Of a stretch of DNA of 64,000 nucleotides, positions 57,467 to 64,000 are shown in pieces. Under the pieces are notes generated by a model. The model was not told the origin of the DNA, ran no database searches, and was given only the letters and a program-made list of their open reading frames with translations. Numbering within the stretch: the first letter of the stretch is position 1; each line of letters opens with the position of its first letter. Origin of the DNA: Octopus vulgaris (Eukaryota); NCBI GenBank assembly GCA_951406725.2, contig OX597825.1:26970001-27034000 (forward strand), read 5' to 3'. The translations under genes were made by a program, and so were the position numbers.

Positions 57467-58719
57467 GTAGTGTACCGCAGTGCACCGCGTGAACCGTTTT
57501 AAATTTACATACATTTTAGGGAAGAATTATCATTAAAATTGTTATAAACTTTTATAACAATTTATAACAATAAATCGTAAATAAGTATTTGAAATTATCT
57601 TAAGGCACGTTTAAAATCCCTCACGTAGCAGGATGTGTTCAATGTATCTTCACGATATAAAACTTGTGATGATGATTCACATAAATACTTGAATATGAAG
57701 AAATACACATTGTTTAGGCATATTGTTTTATTTCGCTGTTATATACTAGTATTTGATGAGAATGCTTACTTTTTATTTGCGATTGCTCAATTTATGCAAA
57801 ATGTTCCCATTGAAAGTTCACTCAATTATATTTGTAATATGCTTACCTATCTTTTGAGCTGGGCAAGGCTTTAAACAGCGGCTATAATGCTACAAGCTAT
57901 TGAATTGGACGATATATTTTAAGGACTGTTTTTAAATGTATTGATAATTTATCTTTCTATAAACTGAGGTTTGGCATTTCCTTTGTTGATATTCTTACTT
58001 CAACGTTCCTACAGCAAAGTAATTTACACCTGAATCCATTTATCTCTAAGTAGGCATCTTATGGTGGATCGATTTGTTCTTATAAGAATCAGCATCTCAT
58101 TCGAAATGATGAGCTTTTGCATTGGCTCTCAACAATGCTACTTAGCAACTTTTCTCGTGGTTTCGTAAATTCCTATTATAGTGATTTATAAATCAACACG
58201 ATCCATTAACCATTAATCGATACATCTGATCACGATAACCCAAGTTATTTACTCGGCTGTTTATCAACAGATTTATCGATTATACACAGATAAATTTCAA
58301 CGCAGCTGAGTATGAATGCAATACACCATTCACGAAGTTATTTTGACATGCAGTAGTCTCTCATCTTAAATACTATACAATATTCTAAATAAATACATGA
58401 AGACGTCAATCCAGGTGAAAGCGTGCAATCGCTCAAGTTTAGGTAGATGTTTTACCTAATGGAATATCAAAAGGAACAGGTAATTCCGGTATATTTTACT
58501 TTTGTGTTCTTTGTTTATCGTTTGCTTAATGGTAACACTAGAGTTAAACCCTATGTATAAAAGGAACGCCATTTTTCTCTAATGCCTTTATACTGACTAT
58601 TATTTCTCTTAATTAAATAGGAAGTGCATTAACATATCAGGATCTAGGATCTGTTGTAGGCGTAGATGCAGCAACATGAGTTGTTGTTGCCGGGGTTGCA
58701 GTAATCGTGATGCAACAGC

Positions 58720-59027
58720 AAAAAGAAAAACAAAGAAGAAGGGCAAGAAGGAGACGTAGAAGAGAGTGAAGAAGTAGAAGAAGAACAAGAAGAAGACGAA
58801 AAAGAAGAAAAAGAAAAACAAGAAGAAGACGAAGTAGAAGGAGAAGTGGAAGAGGAAGAACAAGAAGAAGACGAAGTAGAAGGAGAAGAAGAAGAAGAAG
58901 AAGAAGAAGAAGAAGAAGAAGAAGAAGAAGAAGAAGAAGAAGAAGAACAAGAACAAGAACAAGAACAACAAGGAGGCGAAGAACAAGAAGGTGAAAAAGA
59001 AGACGAAGAGGAAGAAGAAGAAGAAGG
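58720..59027. repeat. (GAA)-rich low-complexity tract
   Basis: Directly visible; source of the poly-E ORF. Confidence 0.9.
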
Positions 59028-59039
59028 GTTATTACTATT

Positions 59040-59242
59040 AAGGTACAAAACCGGAAGGTTTAGAGTAGGGATTAAGACGATTACACCGAAAGCAATGGTC
59101 AAATGATTGCGTATTTTATCAAATTGATAAGATGAAAGGCAAAGTCGTTCTCTGAGGAATTTAAACTCAGAATGTAAAGTCGGAGGAAATGCCACTAAGC
59201 AGTATGCCCGGCATGCTAGCGATTGTGAAAACTTGCCGCCTT
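59040..59242 (-). mobile_element. SINE family A, degenerate copy
   Basis: GATGAAAGGCAAAGTCG...GGAATTTAAACTCAGAATG...TTGCCGCC. Confidence 0.75.
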
Positions 59243-59329
59243 AATAGTGATAAAAATAGTAATGATGATGATGATGATGATGATGATAATAACAATGGCA
59301 TTATCGCTACACGTAATCTTTAAACATTA

Positions 59330-59638
59330 TGACGATTTGAATTGAGAAATTGGAAGGTTGTGGTCAATGAGGAGAGTAGACGTGATGCCAATTGTAAATG
59401 GCGCACTTGGAAGTATCAGCGCACAACTACCAACATATCTGAAAAAAATATTGGTGCAAGTGTGAAGGTAGAAAGCCTACAAAAATCAGCATTGCTTGGA
59501 GCTGCAAGAACTCTTTACAGGGTTCTTGAAGCATGACCAATAAACAAGTGTCACCTTAGTATGCTGGCTGTTAACATCTGACGCTTTCCATGATACACAG
59601 CAAAATAAGTTGTGAGGTTTCATATAACAAAAACAACA

Positions 59639-59642
<4 letters not shown>
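59330..59642 (+). mobile_element. R4/Dong-clade 3' end (REL C-terminus and 3' UTR) followed by (TAA)n
   Basis: WSMRRVDVMPIVNGALG...VKVESLQKSALLGAARTLYRVLEA*. Confidence 0.85.
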
Positions 59643-59713
<71 letters not shown>

Positions 59714-60240
59714 GGTATTCTTTGGGGTTTGAATAATTCACCTCTGGAAACATACATTGTTTTGTCTTGGTATAAAAAATGGGCTACAGCAAATATTCTG
59801 CTCAATACCACAGATTTGCTTGTCAGTTGTTTGACTTTAACCTGTTGAGCATGTCCCTTAGTGGCTGATGATATGTGCATCTCTGATCACGAGCAGAAGT
59901 AGTGGGGGAGCATCATAGCCATGTGTTGAGAGGGATTCTTTGGGGTCTGAATAATTCACCTGTGGAAACATGGGTGGTTCTTTCAACATCCTTAAACAAC
60001 CCTTATTCAGGGACCTTTTGAGTGGGATGGGCTACTCAATCAGAAGAAAATTCTAACTGGGCCCCACCTGCAAGGTCATGTGCTGTTTATCTTTTTATGA
60101 GATCACCATGTCGCGCACATATGGTTGTGATGCATGTGCCTGGTGTACCCTTATCAGATGGGTAGTCATGATGGGTATATTGGGCTTCGTATATTTTACC
60201 CCAGTGTCACTTTGATGGCATGAACTGCTCTCACACTCAA
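59714..60240 (+). mobile_element. Non-coding interspersed element embedded in (TAA)n; second copy at 11315-11763
   Basis: High identity to the 11315 copy; TAA runs on both sides. Confidence 0.85.
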
Positions 60241-60256
60241 TAATAATATAAAAATG

Positions 60257-60305
<49 letters not shown>

Positions 60306-61214
60306 TATATTTCTCACAGCGATCAGGTTGATCTCATGTAAACTCTCTTTCTCTCTCGCTTAATCACAGACTTTCTCGTCAATTCTCAAACATTTCCTTC
60401 TCTTTGTCTTTCATCCTTTCATTAATTCAATCTCTCTTTCTGCTTTTCTTTCTTTCTTTCTCTCTCTGTCTCTGTCTCTCAATCTGTTTCTCTCTCTCTC
60501 TAACTATCTGCCTATCTATCAAATTTCACTGAACGAGACAACACCTGATTTCTTAGCATACCTTTCCTCTGTTTGATTTATATGGAATTAATTCGACTAC
60601 ATGGGGAGATAAATATATCTATTGCTGACAGAAGACGACAGCTATAACCTATATATTTGCTATTTTATATAAATGGCCTTTCAAGAGTGCTTTCCAAAAT
60701 CACTTTCCGTCTTTAAACATTTTGTAACTATACTACAATAGCACCTGCTTTGCACCCGACTATGAAAAGAGAAATATCTGATTAAATATCTAAGTCCGTG
60801 ATTAGATTAAAGATTTGCTAGTCTTTCGTGTCCTTAAAAGGGGTTATGTGTCCTTTATGCCTCAAGATGTACTACATTTAGTTACGCCAATTACAAATTA
60901 GTTGAGAAAATCGGATATTGGGTTAAATGACTGAGTTTATAAAAGATCGACTCCTTGCATAATGAAATGAATTTAACACGATCTTCAATATAAATTGAAT
61001 TCACAAATTCAAGCAAACAGTTGATTTTCGTCTGGTCGTGATCGAGGTCACTGTGTACTGTTTAAATAGATACTATAAATGTATTTTCATCGGAAGAATG
61101 TAGCAACTTGATATTCTTCGATTATGAGACGTGAATGACAGGTTAGTTTGAAGAGTATTGCAGAATATGTCAAGGGAGCAGCTGGATGTATTCTTGCTCC
61201 GATTTGTGCAGGTT

Positions 61215-61358
61215 GTATTTCGTCTGCCTTTACGTTCTGACTTCAGATTCCACCGAGATCGACTTAGCCTGTTATCATTTCAGGGTTGAGTACTAGGGTC
61301 GATGTAATTGACTACCCCCTCCCTTCAAATTCCCGGCCTTGTGCCTAGAGTAGAAAAA
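61215..61358 (+). mobile_element. SINE family A partial copy
   Basis: GTATTTCGTCTGCCTTTACGTTCTGA...GGGTCGATGTAATTGACT. Confidence 0.75.
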
Positions 61359-61778
61359 TACTAAGGACACCAGCATCGACAGACTTAAAATTTTCTCTCT
61401 TTTTTTTCTGTATAAGTCTAAGCATGTATCCATTCAGTACACGTTAAAATGGTATTAGTTAAGATATGGAACTTAGTTCATAAAGTTATACACAGAGAAA
61501 CACATAGATCAAGGCACAAACTCGGTCATACACATACAAGTATGTATACGCACATGCACATAGTCATATGTGTTCGCACACAAACACACACACATACACA
61601 CACATGTACATAAATCATACGTACATACATGTATTTCTTAAGTTTTGCAATTTGTGCAGAAATTATGAATAGGTCCAAAAGTCAGTATATATATATGTGT
61701 GTATGTGTGTGTGTGTGTGTGTGTTTGTGTTCGTGTGAGTACGTCTGTGTATTTATATATGTACATATTAGTTATATT

Positions 61779-61812
<34 letters not shown>

Positions 61813-61838
61813 TGTCTATCTATGTATCTATCTATGTA

Positions 61839-61873
<35 letters not shown>

Positions 61874-62322
61874 TCTCTTTTTTACTCTTTTTACTTGTTT
61901 CAGTCATTTGACTGCGGTCATGCTGGAGCACCGCCTTTAATCGAGGAACTCGACCCCGGGACTTATTCTTTTGTAAGCCCAGTACTTATTCTATCGGTCT
62001 CTTTTGCCGAACCGCTAAGTAACGGGGACATAAACACACCAGCATCGGTTGTCATGCAATGCTAGGGGGACAAACACAGACACAAACACACACACACATT
62101 TATATATATATATATATATATATATACATACATATATACGACAGGCTTCTTTCAGTTTCCGTCTACCAAATCCACTCACAAGGCATTGGTCTGCCCGAGG
62201 CTATAGTAGAAGACACTTGCCCAAGATGCCACGCAGTGGGACTGAACCCGGAACCATGTGGTTGGTTAGCAAGCTACTTACCACACAGCCACTCCTACGC
62301 CTATCACAGCCACTCCTACGCC

Positions 62323-62325
<3 letters not shown>
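61874..62325 (-). mobile_element. SINE family B, full length, within (TA)n, with a 21-bp 5' duplication
   Basis: Complete head-to-tail match to the 20041 copy; ends in a (GAGTAAAA)-like tail. Confidence 0.93.
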
Positions 62326-62376
<51 letters not shown>

Positions 62377-62439
62377 CTATGTATCTTTCTATATATATGT
62401 GTGTGTGTAAGACATGTATGCAGGCATATATATCTCTTA

Positions 62440-62892
62440 ATCCTTTTTTACCCTTGTGGAGCATAGGGCCTCAACAGTTGTTTTCCACTTGTTGCGGTCA
62501 CTGCCGTGTTTCTTGGCTGCTTCCCATGTCAGGCCAGTGGTCCTGGGCTCGTACACAATGTTCCGCCTCCATGTCTGCTTCGGGCGTACTCGCTTCCTTT
62601 TCCGCTGCGGGTTCCAGTCAAGAGCTTGTCGTGTCTCATATGAGGGTTCTTTCCGTAGTGTGCGTCCGATCCATCTCCAATTCCTTCGTATAATGTGAAA
62701 ATGTATGGGGTCCTGGTTGGCCCTTTCTCACGGGCCGGTGTTTGACAGGATCGGCCGGAGACATTCGCTGATGAAGGTCTACATTTTCTTGTAGTTGCTG
62801 CCGGTGGCCCTGTTTATTTCAGAGCCATAGGAAAGCACGGATTTTGCGTTTGAACTAAATAAGCGGAATTTAGGTCGAGTTGAGTTGGAAGT

Positions 62893-62895
<3 letters not shown>
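62440..62895 (-). mobile_element. RTE-clade LINE 3' end
   Basis: [16 protein letters not shown]...TRQALDWNPQRKRKRVRPKQTWRR...LTWEAAKKHGSDRNKWKTTVEALCST. Confidence 0.88.
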
Positions 62896-62958
<63 letters not shown>

Positions 62959-62993
62959 TTATATATAAATATATATATATAAATATATATATG

Positions 62994-63042
<49 letters not shown>

Positions 63043-63484
63043 TACACATAGATATATATGTATATATATACATATGTATGTATACGTATACGTGCATGTA
63101 TAAATGTACTATATATAAGTGTACATATACATATATATGTGTGTATGTGTACATGTATGCATCAGGAGATTTGTGTAAGAGTGCCTCTGAATGTGTTCTG
63201 TTTTACGATTGAATAAATCTAATGAGTTAATGCGAATGAAGACCATACATTGAATATTTATTTTATCAACAACAAATTTGTTGAAACAATTTATTGAGGA
63301 ACATATTCTTTACTACTGATATTCTCTTTCAAATGTTCTTGTTAAATGTATTAACAAAACGAGATAATATTTCCATATATTATTTGTTTCTTATAAGTCA
63401 CGTTCGTTGTGTACTTTTGTGACCTTCAGAAACATAATTACTACTAACACATTCTCCAAGCGCCGGAAGCAAATTGTAGCCGCC

Positions 63485-63552
<68 letters not shown>

Positions 63553-64000
63553 AGAGAGAGAGAGAGATGCATATACGTGTACATATTGCCTGTTCGTGGT
63601 AATGTAGTTTACTTTTATTATAGATTGGTTATTGTATGAGAATATTTCATTAATATTCGTGAATTAGAACTTGAAGCAGATGATTGTACTGAAGATGACT
63701 GATTCCATTCGAATTCAAAAGGCAACTCCGGTGTAAACATCATTTGTTGGTGAATTCCATCAGTTCCATATAATTACAATGCTGAAGGTCTTATCAATGA
63801 GCGATCCTACGCTCATCGCTACGCTACGCTTTAATCAATGGCTGTTATATGTTGCTGAATGGAAATGCACTTGGTAAATTAATGATTACCCTGGCGATTT
63901 CTCTTTTGACACTCTTCGAAATACCGATGCTTTGGAAAAATTAGAGGATTATGAGTTTAAGCGTGAAAGTTTGTGCTAGGACATACCTTTGAAGTGAAAG

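Noticed and set aside
58609-59195. Poly-Glu, poly-Ser and poly-Phe ORFs
   Set aside because: Translations of a GAA-rich tract running into a SINE

Overview
AT-rich, microsatellite-dense animal genomic DNA with no protein-coding host exon or intact ORF that I can support. The tRNA-derived SINE families and overall repeat make-up resemble an octopus (cephalopod) genome; this is my recognition, not a database result. The window holds decayed mobile elements: R4/Dong-clade non-LTR fragments, two RTE-clade LINE ends, two near full-length decayed mariner elements, Tc1/maT-like fragments, Penelope-like (GIY-YIG) remnants, three tRNA-SINE families, and a non-coding element found inside (TAA)n tracts. 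Most ORFs in the supplied track are microsatellite translations. The most interesting signals are non-coding. (1) Type I hammerhead-ribozyme folds at 39926-40003 (+) and 25281-25365 (-), each paired with an outward-facing inverted partial copy of its 3' end, the architecture of Penelope pseudo-LTR/retrozyme-like elements. (2) Fold-back inverted duplications anchored on (TA)n tracts. (3) A duplication/inverted-templated-insertion/duplication at 33911-34809.
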